Shown in pieces: positions 1 to 15,357 of a DNA stretch of 64,000 nt (position 1 is the stretch's first letter; each line of letters opens with the position of its first letter). The stretch is from the NCBI GenBank assembly GCA_034780895.1, contig JAUZTB010000070.1, positions 10,929,573 to 10,993,572 on the forward strand. Reading direction: 5' to 3'. Source of the DNA: Rhynchobatus australiae (taxonomy: Eukaryota). The notes beneath the pieces were generated by a model. It saw only the letters and a list, made by a program, of their open reading frames with translations, ran no database searches and was not told the DNA's origin. Both the position numbers and the translations under genes were made by a program.

Positions 1-183
1 GCTGCCTGGGGTGGTGGTGGAGGCAGGTACATTGGTCAAATTCAAGAGATTGCTAGATAAGCATATGGAGGAATTTAGAATAGAGGGATATGTGGGAGGA
101 AGGGGCTAGATAGTATTAGGTGAGGTTTAAAGGTCGGCACAACATTGTGGGCCGAAAGGCCTGTATTGTGCTGTACTGTTCTA
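1..183 (+). mobile_element. CR1 LINE 3' end
   Basis: Encodes LPGVVVEAGTLVKFKRLLDKHM (CR1 ORF2 C-terminus), followed by the tail GTGGGCCGAAAGGCCTGTATTGTGCTGTACTGTTCTA. Confidence 0.8.
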
Positions 184-1837
184 GCACTGGATAGAGATGC
201 CTTATTGTGGAAATTTCCTGCCTCATAGAATAGAGATAATATCTTTTTGTCATTGATGAATGAATTCATACCAAGGAAGGAAGACTAACGTTCAGCAAAT
301 ATTTCTACCAGGTTCGTGCATCTGGATGTTGACTCTCTATTCAGATATTATAAATCTTATGAAGGGCTGGTGCAATGAAACCTTCAGTTCCAGGTCTACC
401 CAGCCCTCTATGGACCAAAGACAAATGGATATTTGGAGAGAACTTTAACCAGCATTGATCTTCAATGCTAAACCTATTGCTCTACTCAACACAGTGGAAC
501 TTTAGTTGGAGTAGCACAGAAGCATTGCATAGACTATTTCTAGTTAAGGGTTTGAAGGAAGCAAACGTCTTTATTTGAGGAAATGCTTTCAAATTTGCCC
601 TTGTGCCAAATTTCTCCTCAATAAATCAACTCTCCATAAAGCTTAAATCTACTTCAGATTGACACATTTGGGAAGGCTCTTCTAACATCTTTATCATAGC
701 CCTGGAAAGGATGCAAGAAAATGCCAGTCAATTGATTTGTGATCCCTTTCTTATCTAAAACATTTTCCCCCGTCACAGCTGATTTTATACTAACCTTTCT
801 TCTGCCTCTTCCTACTACATTCACACTACCATTTTCTGCTCATTCGAGGCTCCTAAATGCATTCCACACGCAGTTTTCTTCCTTGGTTCTCATTGCGTTG
901 AAATCAAGAAAATGGCATCATTTCCTACTCCACTCATCTCAATTGTCTGGAAATCTGCATCACTCCTTCAGTTTGCCCTTTTGCCTACAATCTACAGGTT
1001 TATAAAAGTCAAGCTTGCTGTCACTTAAATGCTGATCCCTGATTTTTAGCTTGGTTTCCCTCATCTTTTTTTTAAATCCCTTAGCTGCATAGCTTTATGA
1101 TGTGAACCTTGATATCCCCCAACCTCTGGATTCTCAATTTGTAAAATGTGAAGTGTGAATGGCTAAAGGATAAGGCAAGATTGGAAAAGGTAAAGGTGAG
1201 GGAATCCACGAATACACACCCACTGTCTTTTTGAATGATCTCAACAAATGCATCCATCTTCTCAACATATCTCTCAATCCCCTCTCCTTACAGGAATGTG
1301 CCTAATTGTCCTGAAACTCAGTTTATATAAATACAGGTCAATCCCTCTCCCAGCAATGTATTGTACAGTTTGACTATCCACTAGATGTCCTGACTCTCCT
1401 TCAGCTCCAAACTTCTTCACCATTGAGGCTGATGTGTTTTATGCCTGGGAGAGGAAGACAGACAAACTTGTAGCAATGCCTACTTTTTGCCAACCCCTGC
1501 CTACATCGAGTGTGTAGTTTTTAACCAGTATGTAAATAATGAGGGTGGAGAAACCCCAGATATTGACCCTTGGACCTCATTACTACAGAAGGAGATGCTA
1601 TAATATAAATGTTGCAATGCAGAAACTCACAGGTAAGTGACTGGGACTTTGCACTTACTGTTGTGAATGTGGGGAAGGAGAAAGGGCTTCATACCAGTTA
1701 TTATGGAACGCAGAAAATGATCAAGAGTTTTTGACTGTTTCAGGTGCCATGGAGGGATCTGAGTTCTTTGGACTTATGACAGGTTTGGGGAGGGATATTG
1801 GACTTCAAGTCTGTTGCTGAGGGACTTTGTATCTGTC

Positions 1838-1989
1838 GTCAGAATCAGAATTAGATTTATTATCACTGACATACGACATGAAATTTGTTGTTTTGCAACA
1901 TCAGTACAGTACAAGACATAAAAATCTATAAATTACAAAAATAAATAAATGGTGCAAGTAAAAAGAATAATGAGGTAGTGTTCATGGGT
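1838..1989 (-). mobile_element. Rex1/Babar-type LINE 3' end fragment
   Basis: tcagaatcagaattagatttattatcactgac is the reverse complement of a ...gtgataataaatctaattctgattctga tail, similar to the tail of the 42.1 kb copy. Confidence 0.55.
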
Positions 1990-2089
1990 NNNNNNNNNNN
2001 NNNNNNNNNNNNNNNNNNNNNNNNNNNNNNNNNNNNNNNNNNNNNNNNNNNNNNNNNNNNNNNNNNNNNNNNNNNNNNNNNNNNNNNNN

Positions 2090-3325
2090 TATCCTCCTTT
2101 TATGGCCAATCTGGGCGATCTTCCCATAGTTGCATTGCTGCCAGTGTTGTTATTGTACTGGAATGGCTTGATTAAATGGTTCTGGAGCACCAGTCTTTAG
2201 CACTCCCCCTAGGTTGTTCTCAGGGCCCATACCTTTTATTGAATTCAGTACAGTTAGTTATTTTTTGATTATATGTGCAATGACACATATAAAGTGAAAA
2301 TGATCTCTGTGATAATGCAGTCAGCTCAATGCTTCAGGCTGGAGAAGGTTGCAAACCTTTCAGCCTCATCATTTACACCTCGAAGGCTGATTTGGATGTT
2401 CCTTGGGCCTCTTCCTCCTGTTTCTTTTTAATTGCCAATTAATAATAATCACAGTTGGATGTGAGAGGTCTCTGATCTGATCCTTCGATGGTGACATCAG
2501 TCTACCATATTCTGCTTCAGCTATTGCGTGTGCTTGTTTTCTTGTGTAGCTCCATGAGTTTAGCACCTCATTTTTAGGTATGCCTGTTGCTGCTCCTGGC
2601 ATGTTCCACTCCATTCCTCATTTAATCAGATTTGATCCCTTGGTTTAATGCTAAGGGTATGGTCAAGGCATACACTGGGCTATGAGGCTGTAAGTTACAG
2701 TGGGATACAATTCTGTTGCTGATGTTCCTTGGAGCCTCATAGATGCCCAGCTTGTAGCTACTGTGTCTATTCTGAATCCATTCCATTTAACAGAGTGCTT
2801 TGCTGCACAACATAAAATAAGAGCAACCTTAGTGAGAAGACAGAACATTGTTTCACAAGGACTGTGCAGTGGTCACTCCCATCAATAGTATCAATATATA
2901 AATGCACCTGTGACAAGTAGCTGGGTGAGGATGACATTAAATAGGTTGTTTCCCTTGTGTTGATTTTCAACCATCTTTTACTGATCCAACCAAATCCTGT
3001 TCCTCAGGACTGGCTGGCTTGGTCAGTTATATGGTGGGCCCAGAACACATTCGGTGCCTTGCTACCCTCTATACCCTCTATTCTTTTCAATGTGGAGTAC
3101 CGATCAGCCCAGAGAGTGATGGTGCCCAGTTTAACCTGCTGCCTTGGAGTTGAAGGTCAAAGTTGAGGAGTAGAGCCAGTCCTTTCCAACTGGACACCAA
3201 TGTGCTACCATGTCTGCCAGATCTGTCGTCCTAGTGGATGCCCAGAGATCATTAGCATTGACTGAAGGTCAATGTGACTCTGACCACATCTTGACTAGTC
3301 TGTAGTAGGACAGCACCTCAAATTT
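2090..3325 (-). mobile_element. Degenerate CR1/L2-group LINE fragment (endonuclease and linker region)
   Basis: Heavily stop- and frameshift-disrupted LINE ORF2-like sequence; likely the same family as 24860-25890. Confidence 0.45.
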
Positions 3326-4613
3326 TGTCNNNNNNNNNNNNNNNNNNNNNNNNNNNNNNNNNNNNNNNNNNNNNNNNNNNNNNNNNNNNNNNNNNNNNNN
3401 NNNNNNNNNNNNNNNNNNNNNNNNNNNNNNNNNNNNNNNNNNNNNNNNNNNNNNNNNNNNNNNNNNNNNNNNNNNNNNNNNNNNNNNNNNNNNNNNNNNN
3501 NNNNNNNNNNNNNNNNNNNNNNNNNNNNNNNNNNNNNNNNNNNNNNNNNNNNNNNNNNNNNNNNNNNNNNNNNNNNNNNNNNNNNNNNNNNNNNNNNNNN
3601 NNNNNNNNNNNNNNNNNNNNNNNNNNNNNNNNNNNNNNNNNNNNNNNNNNNNNNNNNNNNNNNNNNNNCACTTCGTTGGAAGAGTGTGTGTGCTTACTTA
3701 TCACAAATCTTAGGCCTTAGAAGGTAACATATTGTACCAGTTTAACCCCTAGTGATCTTTAAAGCAGCCAGTTAAAATCCTTCATCGGCCTCAGAGAGCA
3801 GCAATTTACAAATCCTCTGACACATTGTTTCTGTCAAAAGTTGTTCCTGCCGCAGTATTTTAAATAATTGGCTCCGTGCTCCAACATTCTTGGATAATAA
3901 ATAGATTTGCTCCCGAATTAATGTTTGTGATGTAAATCAAGGCTCAGTTCAGACTCTGAGACCTTTGGAGAAGATTTAAAAACTGTTCTCATGAGGAGGG
4001 ATAGATTCAGACACTTCAGTTACATGTTTTTTTTCTAAAATTTGTCAGAATTCAGTTATGAGTCCAGTGAAATCGAAAATAGTGAGTACCCATGATAACT
4101 CAGCAGACAAACCTCCAGGCAGGTGTACAAGTGCAACTGGAGTGACAAGGTAGAGTTTCCATCCTTGGTCTATTCTCAGGTTGAACTAGGAGTGGAACAT
4201 GGTACAGGAGCATCAATGCTGCCGGGTAAGAAAGCAAAAACATCCAGAGGCTCCTGCTTTCAGCAACTCAGCCTGATGGTTTGATCAAAGTGGGATTTGG
4301 GATCTGAATAACAGTTGACTTAAAACCAATTCCATCCACATGCATTTTATATGCACTTTCTAGTAGGTGTCACTGGATAGTAATTCGAAGCAGGAACCCA
4401 CACAGGTTTGCTTTTCTCCTCCCTAGTCCAGAGCAGAGAAACCAGTATCCCAATCCCACACAAAATAAACTCAGCTACTTCAGCATGGAAGTCCCTCAGT
4501 GCCTGGCCCAACAGTTGAATCAGTCATTCAATTGCCATGTTAATATAACATACCTATGTTATCTTGGGAGATTTATGGAATTATATTGTCAATTGCATTT
4601 CCATATTGTTTTA

Positions 4614-6220
<1,607 letters not shown>

Positions 6221-8979
6221 TGGGGGTTTCAGGAGAGGAACAGATGGATTTTAAACAAGCTAAACATGCTTCATATGAACACACAAAAAACATTTGAGTA
6301 AAAACATCAAATGGAGTAAAATTTACACATGATTTCATGTACTGCCATCCCATTCAATCACTGAAACTAATTACTGAGTGTGGCAGAGGTAAGGGGAGAA
6401 GGAGGGAGTGAAGACAATGAAGAAAGTGGAAAGGTGCTCATTTTGAGGAATATGTCTGGAAAATCTCTTCCAAATTCCCTGAGTAAATCGAGCTTGTGTT
6501 AAATCACTTGATGAACTTTATTAACCTATTATTCCTCCTTTAGCTAATTGGTCTCAATCTCCTTACGTACACTGCATAATACAGAACTACGAAGTGAACC
6601 TCTGCATTCGTTGACCATCCTGGCTCAGTATGCTTCTGGAAAAATGACTGGAAATTTGAACTGAAAACATGAGGACTTCATTAAGTAAAAGAAAAACTTA
6701 GTGTCATGACAGCATTTTCTTAATGTGGCTTTCTTCCACAGTCAGCTCTTGACAGGTTCCACACCAAAGATGCTGTAAACTGGAGAGCAGTCACATGAAT
6801 GTGGTACAGCCTTAAAACAATGATTGTTAACAACCAATATTGCATGAAACATATACATTACATGCCTAACAGTTCACAGATTTCTGACCTTAATTTACCT
6901 CTTATGCCCTTCATTAAACTGAGTCAGTCAAATATCAATCACTCTCTGAAAAGTTTCATTACAGTTCCACTCTCTCCCTGGGCTGCCTAATTCAAGCAAC
7001 TAATATCATGGTAATTCATTTCTGAGAATGGAAAGTCATTTATAACTTTTCAAAGCAAAATTCTCAGCTGCCATCTCACATCTGGCAGCATATCCCACTG
7101 GCACTTGCCATCTAGGATCCTCATGGGAAGATTGGCCACTGCAGTGAGCTACTGGAAACCAATCTGCCCGTAGTCTCAAACCCCTAGGGGGGGGGAGTTC
7201 AACCTGTCTCTTCCATGGCCCCCTGCTGAAAATAAAATTGAAAAGGTAAAGCATTTAATATTTCAAATGTAATCTTCTTAAACATTATTCTAACACACTG
7301 AAGGACTCCAGGAAAACTCAAAAGGAAAAGCAAAACAAGGTAAAGTCTAATAAAGGATCACTAAATGGATGTTGCAGCTAAGCTAGTTCAAATTTACAAG
7401 GGAGCAAGATAGATATTGTACAGCCAGAACGCACAGAGGAACAGTGACTCATGCTGTCTCTCAGTGCCAAACATTCAATCATTCTAAATCAGAAAATAGT
7501 GATTAGGCAGCATTAGGCTTGAGGGTTTAAAGAGCTGGCAGAATGGACGAGGAAGGAAAAATGGAGGGAGATGAGTGTGGCTGTGAAAGTTGGGTCTTGG
7601 TAAAGGATAAGGGAGAGTAGCAAGATGGTGTGATGTATATACACTCCAACATAGTGAGGATACATAGACAGGAAATAATGTATGTGATGGGAGGGCTTTA
7701 AACAATACAGGAGAAAGTATGAATCTCCACAGCAGGGAAGCCTTCTTTGGTTGTAGTTAAATGGAGATTAAGTAAGGAACAAAGAACATATGGGTAAACA
7801 ACAAAGAGGAATTTTTCTTGTAACTGTGTAAACAATTCATCCTTATTATCAATAGCTGGAACAGTAATACAGTTTAAACTGGTGGATCTCCCATAATGAT
7901 CATCCAATTGTAGAGATACAACAGACTGAGCTGCTGATATTTTCAAAACGTGGGTCTCACCAGCAATTTCAGTTGGTCTTTATTCCTTATTCCCGGTTGT
8001 CCTTGAAAGGGTGCTGTTGAGCTACCTTCCTAAACCACTGCAGTTCATTTAGTGAAGATGCTGCCATCGGGCATTCAAGGGCTTTGACCCAGCAATGATA
8101 AAAGAACAGGCAATGTATGTCCACATTGGGATAAATTAGAGACAGTCTTGGAGGTTTCCAAGCATCTGCTGCTCTTATCCTTCTGGATGGTATAGCTCAA
8201 CTGTTTTGGAAATGATCCTCCATATGCCGCTCTAGGTCCTGAATTTTTTTAAAATCCCTTTTGTAAATGCCAAGGTAATAAAAATTGTTTTTGTGTCCTT
8301 TGCAGCCACCATCCACTGGGGAGACGGGAAAGGGGGAAGAGAAAATGTCATAGGACTTGAGCTTCTTTGTATTCCTGAGAAACAACTTCAAAGGAGGAAT
8401 GGGTAAAGATGGTTGATTGGACTTACTGAAATGTATTGATCTGTGGAGACTTTAGCTAAGCAGCTGAAACTGGAGGAACGTGAGCTAACGATAATCCACT
8501 TTAGTCAGGCTACCAGATATTGTAACTCCTGTAGGTTTATTCTCATATTCAGCAATGATTACTTAAAGAAGCACAAATATCTTAAACCAACAGAAAGCTG
8601 CAATTAGGAAAGATATTTAAATATAATGGGCTAGACATTATTTGCATAATGCTGATGTGTTCCACAATTTAAAAATTGCATTGATGTAGAGTGGGGCAAT
8701 TTTGTGTTCATTTCTGCATGTGCTAGTGCTGGTTATTAACAATGTATGCTCATTTTTGAGTGAGATTTTTGTCTTGGCCAGAATTGGTTTTCTGGTTTCA
8801 AACCCATGCAAACAACATCAACCCTAGTGCTTGATTGGTAACTTCAGCCACTCTGGTGCAAGCAAATCTGATTTACATTGAGGATTAGTCTGGACAGACC
8901 ACTCCTCTCAATTGATGAGATGGACTTTTTAGGCACTTCAGGCACTCACAGGGTCCACACCACAAAAGGTATGTAAGGG

Positions 8980-10260
8980 TTCATCACTGAAGATCTTATC
9001 CACCCAGGGTATACAGGGAGATAATGATATCCTCCCAGAATGCTTTAGCCAAAGCAGCAAATGGTCATCACTTCACTTGATCTTGACATTCATTTAGTAA
9101 CCTCATGATCTCACCTGAAATCGCAGTCGTCTCTCTAACAAAGCAATGCATTTGGCATTAAATGTATTCAATTTCCTAACTTCATACTTTGACATTCACA
9201 GTTGAGTTGTCATGCTCCCAAGAAGTCTCTGTGAAGGAAACATGACATTGGAGCTGTGTGATATGCTTCAAGAGATACATCTATCTTTATCCTTCTGATA
9301 TTCTTCTTCCAAGAATGACTTTTCAATGACAAAATTTCTCAAATGGAAAGGTTTGAGGGATTGCGTGACCTTCTGAAGTTTGGGAATTATTAATGTAATC
9401 TCTCACTCTAATCCTCCCATTTCCAAAGGCATCTCAGCTCACCTACTGTTTGCCTGTGGGAACAGATTAGTCATGATGTTACTCCATACTAATGTGCAGT
9501 TTTTGAGGAAACCTTGCTTCCATTATAAGCCATTAAATCATCTTCATGAATCTGTTATTGCTGACATTTAGCATGCTGTAAGGGAGTCCATACACAGCCA
9601 GACTGCTATGGGCAACACAGATTGCATTCTAATGCAAGACTACATAAAGTAGCCTTGATAAGGCCATTTGGTCTTGTGACGTGGTGCCCCAGATTGTCCT
9701 GATACATCTAGGCTCACTGTCCTCCCCTTTGAATGATTGTCATAGAGTCACAGGGTCATACAGAGATGTAGCCGGGAAACAGGCCCTTCAGCTCACCGTG
9801 TCTGCATTGATTATCAAACATCCATTTTTACACTAACCCTACCCTAACTTATTTTATTCTCCCTACATTCCACAACAACTCCACATTCTACCACCTATTC
9901 CCCTTCATCTTATCTACTCCCCAGATTCTACCACTCATCTGAACATGGGGCAATTTACAGAGGCCAATTAACCTACCAAGCCGCACATCTTTGGGATGTA
10001 AGAGGAAACCGGAGCACCGGGAGGAGACCAACATGGCCACAGGGAGAGTGTGTAAACTCCACACAAACAGTATCAGGGGTCAGGGTTGTACCTGGGCCAC
10101 TGGAGCTGTGAGGTAGCGGCTCTATTACCTGAGGCACCGTGCCACCTATTGCATTAACGTTATCTGAGGGATGGACAAGGATCTCACAAGGAAGGAACTT
10201 TAAACTCATACAGCATGTAACAACAGGGTGCAAGCTGCAGCCATGTACATTGGCATTTAT
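8980..10260 (+). mobile_element. Highly decayed PIF/Harbinger-like transposase relic, interrupted by a SINE
   Basis: Short collinear peptide remnants: RSYPPRVYRE (~8992), ELCDMLQ (~9252), a GDK-like motif (~9657) and a C-terminal C..LH/YN-like segment (~10230). No intact ORF and no TIR confirmed. Confidence 0.4.
9743..10146 (-). mobile_element. tRNA-derived V-domain SINE (HE1-like), near full length
   Basis: Reverse complement reads GGTGGCACGGTG...CTCACAGCTCCAG...TGTGTGGAGTTTACAC...GGTGCTCCGGTTTCCTC..CATCCCAAAGATGTG...TTAATTGGCC..TAAATTGCCCC, ending in a CR1-like tail GAAGGGCCTGTTTC...TGACTCTATG. Confidence 0.8.
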
Positions 10261-13119
10261 CTTGTCCTTTGAATTGACGACTGCACAAACACTGCAATAA
10301 ATATGGTTAATTTAACACGGTTAAGGAAAAGTAAGAAAAGCATGAGAAGAATCTGCATTCAGTTAAGTTAAATTAGCTGCAAAAATGGTCAACAACAATG
10401 TTAATGGTTTAATGTATTTGGTTCCAAAGATATTTTAATGAAACAATGAATCAAAATCTACACAATGCCTCTTATTTTTGATGATATTCCATGTGGGCTT
10501 GGACACCCTATGGCTACACCACTGTGACTGCCGGAGGGCTGAATCTCATCTCTTGGCTCTGAGATCCAGATGTCCTCTCAGGGTGGCCCAGACGACGAGG
10601 TTCCAACCACTGCCCCTGCAGTTTGGGGAGGCAGGCTTGGGTGCACTGGGCAAGGACAGTGCCTGACAGGCAGTTGCTGCAGAATAGATCCTGACATCCT
10701 GAGAAAAGATGGGCATCTCATTTCTCACAAATTGAACTGAACTCTCATTGTACCAAGCAGACAATTATTTGCTTGTCTGGTATTACTCAGATTGCACAAC
10801 TGTCATCATAGCCTCTAGATTCCTGCCAGGACCAGCAAATAGGCCTCGAACAGAAGTGACTACCCCCTGATGGTAGACCAGTGATCTCCAGAGCAACAAG
10901 CTCCTGTCCCTGAGCATCAGCCTACAGCGGATTCAGGGTTCACAGAGCTCTGGAGGACCGGAACTTGCCTCAATAGAGGCAGAACCTTGCTTCCTCAGCC
11001 TTAGTGTTTCATTGATTGTAACAGAAGAGCAAATTATTTTCAAAGTGGATTCAAGATGTTCCTAGTTTTGCAACAGCTCCCAAGAGAATACCATCTACTC
11101 ATCTCATGGGAACTGGTCTGACAATGCTCCAAGCACATGTAGCACCACTCCTAAATACCTTCCTATAGCAGAGCACATCTGAGCTCTCAAAATCAGCATT
11201 ACTGACTGGACTCAACCTCCATGGAGCCAAGTCAGTGGCTCTCCTTCATCTCCTGCCTGACTGCAGTGTCAGGCATGACCCCTTGTGAAACAAACCCTTC
11301 TACTCTATTCTTTTGCTTGTGGTGCTGGTATCTGAGCTGGTGCTCTGCAGGGATATGTGCACAACGGAGCACTCTCCACATGCATCAGCGTTGCAACCAT
11401 CTCTTCAAGCTATTCATGTGACTCTGGCAACACCTCTAGGGAAGGGGTTCAGCTCCGGCCTCCCTTCCTGACCCCTTTGGGGAAAATCTAAAAGGAAAAG
11501 AAATACATATCAGGTGCTTCTACAAAAACGGTGTGCAACAAATATTATGTTCCTTCAGCAAACATGTCTCATAACTGCAAGGAGAACACCAGCTTGACTG
11601 CTCTGCATTTTTTTGCAAACATTGACTTCAAGATATGTTTGAAAATATTTGTTAAATATGTTACACCGATGAGCTCTTGCTAAAGCTAATGAACTGGGAT
11701 TCACTGACACGAGTGGCATGTTTGTCAGAACTGAGAGTTTTCAATGAAGCCTTAAATGCCCCATGACCATCCAAGGTTATGATTATGCGCCTTATTATAA
11801 GCTTTGACCACCTATCAATAACGAAGCTGTAGTAAGAATTCTCACTATGTAGGAGACTAAAGCTCATTTGGTCCTACATGGCATCCTTAGCTACTGCTCC
11901 CTTACAGTCCTAATGTGGGCAAATTGGATGGGTGTACATGGGCAAAAAGGTCAGCATGGATGTGGTGTACTACTTATTCCATGACTCTATGGCTTGGTGA
12001 CTTTATTTGATGGAAATGGTAGTTGAGCACATGTGTGATGTTGGTTCGTGTGTTAAAAACATGTTAAGATATCTGTTGATATAAAATCTAAGGGTGTAGA
12101 AATATCCCCTTACCGTGGTGTGTTGGATTAAGAAAGGGATACAGATATGTGAACTTGGTGTAGTGCATGAAAACCTTTGATTCTGCTGGGCTATTTGTCT
12201 GGCCAAGTACACCTCAATGCTGTGTAATGTTCTGGGCATTGTTTGCTTCTTGCTAATGTGTTGATTTAATGTTCTATTGATGCGTAGGAGTTTCATTAGT
12301 TAACTATATTTGGAGAATTACCAATTTTGGTGTTGGGCACAGTCCCTGCAGCTGAAGACACCCATGCCAATAAGTAGGAATGTGCTAAGTTGCAATGAAA
12401 TCATACCTGGCAGACCTTGAACACGTTTCACTTCTCCTGGTTCACCTGCCCTGCACACATGAGGCCCAGCACTCCCATTAACCTGCTGTGCTGAGGTGGG
12501 CTTCCTCTGGTCTGGAGCACCATGCACCAGCTCTTGGTGACTTTCACCTACAATAAATAAAAATTGCAAAAGGTAGTTGAGTAGACATGATGCTGTTACT
12601 TTCTTGGACGATTATGTGGAATAATCATGGAGTGAGTGCAAGGGTGTGGATGTGAGGGGACTCTGGAGTGAGGGGGCAAAGTGAACTGTCATTCTGTGAG
12701 GGAGTGAGTTGGTGCAGTGAAAGTAATGGTGAGTGTGTGTGCATGTGAGGCAGAGTGAGAGTGGAACATGGGTGGGACGTGTGTATGTGCGTGTGTGAGA
12801 GAGATAAGCAAGAGCACCAGAGAGCGACAGACAGGGACAGAGTGAGAGAAGGAGGATGCATCTTGCCAATGAGACAGAGAAGTAAAAGAACACTACAGAA
12901 TTTTCACTTCTAAGGACTGGGCCTGGCTGGGTCTGGAGACCTTCACAACCTTGCCAATGCAGTCTAACTCTGTTCTCTGCAATACCATGTTGCCCAGCTC
13001 AATGCCACCACCAATCCAGCACCAACCTCCAGCTTCCAATGCCCTCCAGCTGCAGTGTTGGGCTCCTGACCGTCTCTTGCACAGGGAACGGGCACTCAGA
13101 CATCAGTTGGCAGCATCCA

Positions 13120-13445
13120 AGAGCAAAGAAACAGATGGAACACAGACTGATAGTGGATGAGAGACATGGTGATGGAGAGACAGGGAGAGTGATAGGCATG
13201 GAGAGGCACACAGACAGAGGGAAACACAGAAAGGCACACAAGGACAATGAGAGCAGAAGGGAAAGGGAGGAGAGACACACACAATTATATAGAGCAGAAG
13301 GGAGAAAGGTATATGGAGAACAGCAGGGAATAAAGAGATGGAGAGATAGAAACAGGTGGAGCAGTGGGGATGTGGCAAAGGAGAGAGGCATAGGAGAAGG
13401 GAAGAAATGGGGAGAAAGAAGGTTGGAAAAGTGTGAGACTAAGAG
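13120..13445. repeat. Degenerate GA/AGAC-rich low-complexity tract
   Basis: Purine-rich gagagaca/gagaggca-type repeats that generate spurious ORFs on both strands. Confidence 0.7.
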
Positions 13446-14430
13446 ATGACTCTGCTGTGCAGTGCTATTGAAGCATTCAGGAAGATAGGCCTTACACTGA
13501 ACATTGGCAAGATGAAGGCCCTCCATCAACCTGCCCCACAGCACCACACTGCCCTCTGCCAAGGTTCACTGTAGACCCTGGAAAATGAGGACCACTTCCC
13601 ATATCTGATCTGGAGACCTTGACAACCTTGCCAACCTTGCCAATGCAGATTTGCTCTGTTCTCTGCAATACACTTCTCAATGAAGACAGACATCAGTGAT
13701 AGAATTCAGCTTTCAGTGCACCACCGCAGCTTTCAGTCAAATGAGGAAAAGTGTTTGAAGATCAGGACTTCAAACTTGGAAAAAAATCTCACACTGTACC
13801 AGGCAGCAGTGATCCCTTCCTTCATTTATGTTTCTGTTGGTCCACCTACAGCAGGTATCTCAAGGCACTGGAAAAATACCACCAACCCTATATCTGCAAA
13901 AATCCTTTAAATTCACTGTAAGGAGAAATGAGCCAACATCAGCCTCCTTTCCCAGTCCAGCATCACTGGCATTGAGACCCTAGTTACTCTCAATGGGCTA
14001 CATGGGGCAGGCTGCATGGTTTGCATGCCTTACACCAGACTTCTAAATCAGACTCACTGTTCTGACTCTGTTGTGGGAAGGTATTACCAGGTGGACAGAG
14101 AAAATAGTCAAGGATGTACTCAAAGCTTCCCTGAAGAAATGAGGATCATCACTGACTCCTGGGAACTTCTGGCCCATGATTGCTCCAAGTAGAGAAGGAG
14201 CTTTTGGGATGGGATTGAGAACCTGAGGCCATGCATCAGGACCACGCAGAAGCCCAGCGGAAGTGGTGCTCCACCTCCCAAACTATCCGTCTGCCTGTCC
14301 CATCAGCCACCCCCTGCCCCGTCTACAGAAGAAGTTACAGTTCCCACATCAGTCTCATTCTCAGACTCAGAACCAGAATGGAAGTAAGTCGTCCATGATC
14401 CTGAGGGACGACCTGAGAAGAAGAAGAATG
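13445..14430 (+). mobile_element. RTE-clade LINE, 5'-truncated 3' portion
   Basis: Remnants GLTLNIGK, LENEDHFPYL, YQAAVIP, RHLKALEKYHQ, KASLKK, WELLAHD, ending in a (gaa)n tail. Homologous to the copies at 28.9-30.2, 40.6, 53.5 and 59.8 kb. Confidence 0.8.
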
Positions 14431-14827
14431 TATTAGCTGAGTATGGTTGGAGGTGAAGCCACTTCAAAGTCTTAAATTGTGAGGACTCATGTTGACCAAT
14501 CTTGCAAGATCTCAACTTTTTGTTTTGATACTGGTCACCAGTGCAGGCTCTGTTGGTCATAGCAAAGATCCTGCCAGTGAGACCTGCAGGTTGACCTGGG
14601 ATCTCAGCAGAAGTCAACTGCCTCAGAATAGGTGGTACCTGCTAACACAGATCTGTGAATACTTCCAACACACAAGGTGTTTTAGCACAGTGTGCAGTGT
14701 CCACTGAGTGCAGTGTATGCAGATTGTGAATCTTGCAAACTGAGGGCAATGAAGTAGTTTTATACTGAAGGAGTTAAACAAATTACATGAACTAAATTGG
14801 GACAGACATGGTAGGACAGGTGGCTGA

Positions 14828-14925
14828 TCAGTCCTGATGCAGGGTTTCAACCAAACGTTAACAATTCCTTTCCTCCCACAGATGCTGCTCCACCTGCTGA
14901 GTTCCTCCAGCAGATTGTTTGGGGC
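14828..14925 (+). mobile_element. Penelope-like terminal repeat fragment with degenerate hammerhead motif
   Basis: cagtc-ctgatgc-agggtttcaacc-aaacgtt...ccacagatgctgctccacctgctgagttcctccagc. Confidence 0.65.
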
Positions 14926-15357
14926 TGCAACATATTTAGTGGGGAAGTAAGATGTAGTTCCTTGGGCCTGTGTTTTTCATTGGAACAGATAAAAAAAATA
15001 ATGACAGGTAAGTCAGAGTGGATGTGTGGTATTGAATTAAAGTGACAGGCAACTGGAAGCTCAGGGTCACTTGCACACTAAANNNNNNNNNNNNNNNNNN
15101 NNNNNNNNNNNNNNNNNNNNNNNNNNNNNNNNNNNNNNNNNNNNNNNNNNNNNNNNNNNNNNNNNNNNNNNNNNNNNNNNNNACGGGTGATGTGTTGCAT
15201 CTGTAGCACATGGTACAGCCATGGCAACCGTACCTGCAGTGAATGGCTGCAACCCGATGAGCTTCACTCAACGTTCATGAGCTGGAGTGCAATGGAAGTT
15301 CTCCAACTTGTTTCCTGGGGTAGCAGATTTGTGGTATGTGGAAAGATTATGCTGAGT

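Noticed and set aside
12612-13562. Long overlapping ORFs (187 aa minus, 136 aa plus and others)
   Set aside because: Products of GA/CT- and CA-rich low-complexity sequence, with no domain signature.
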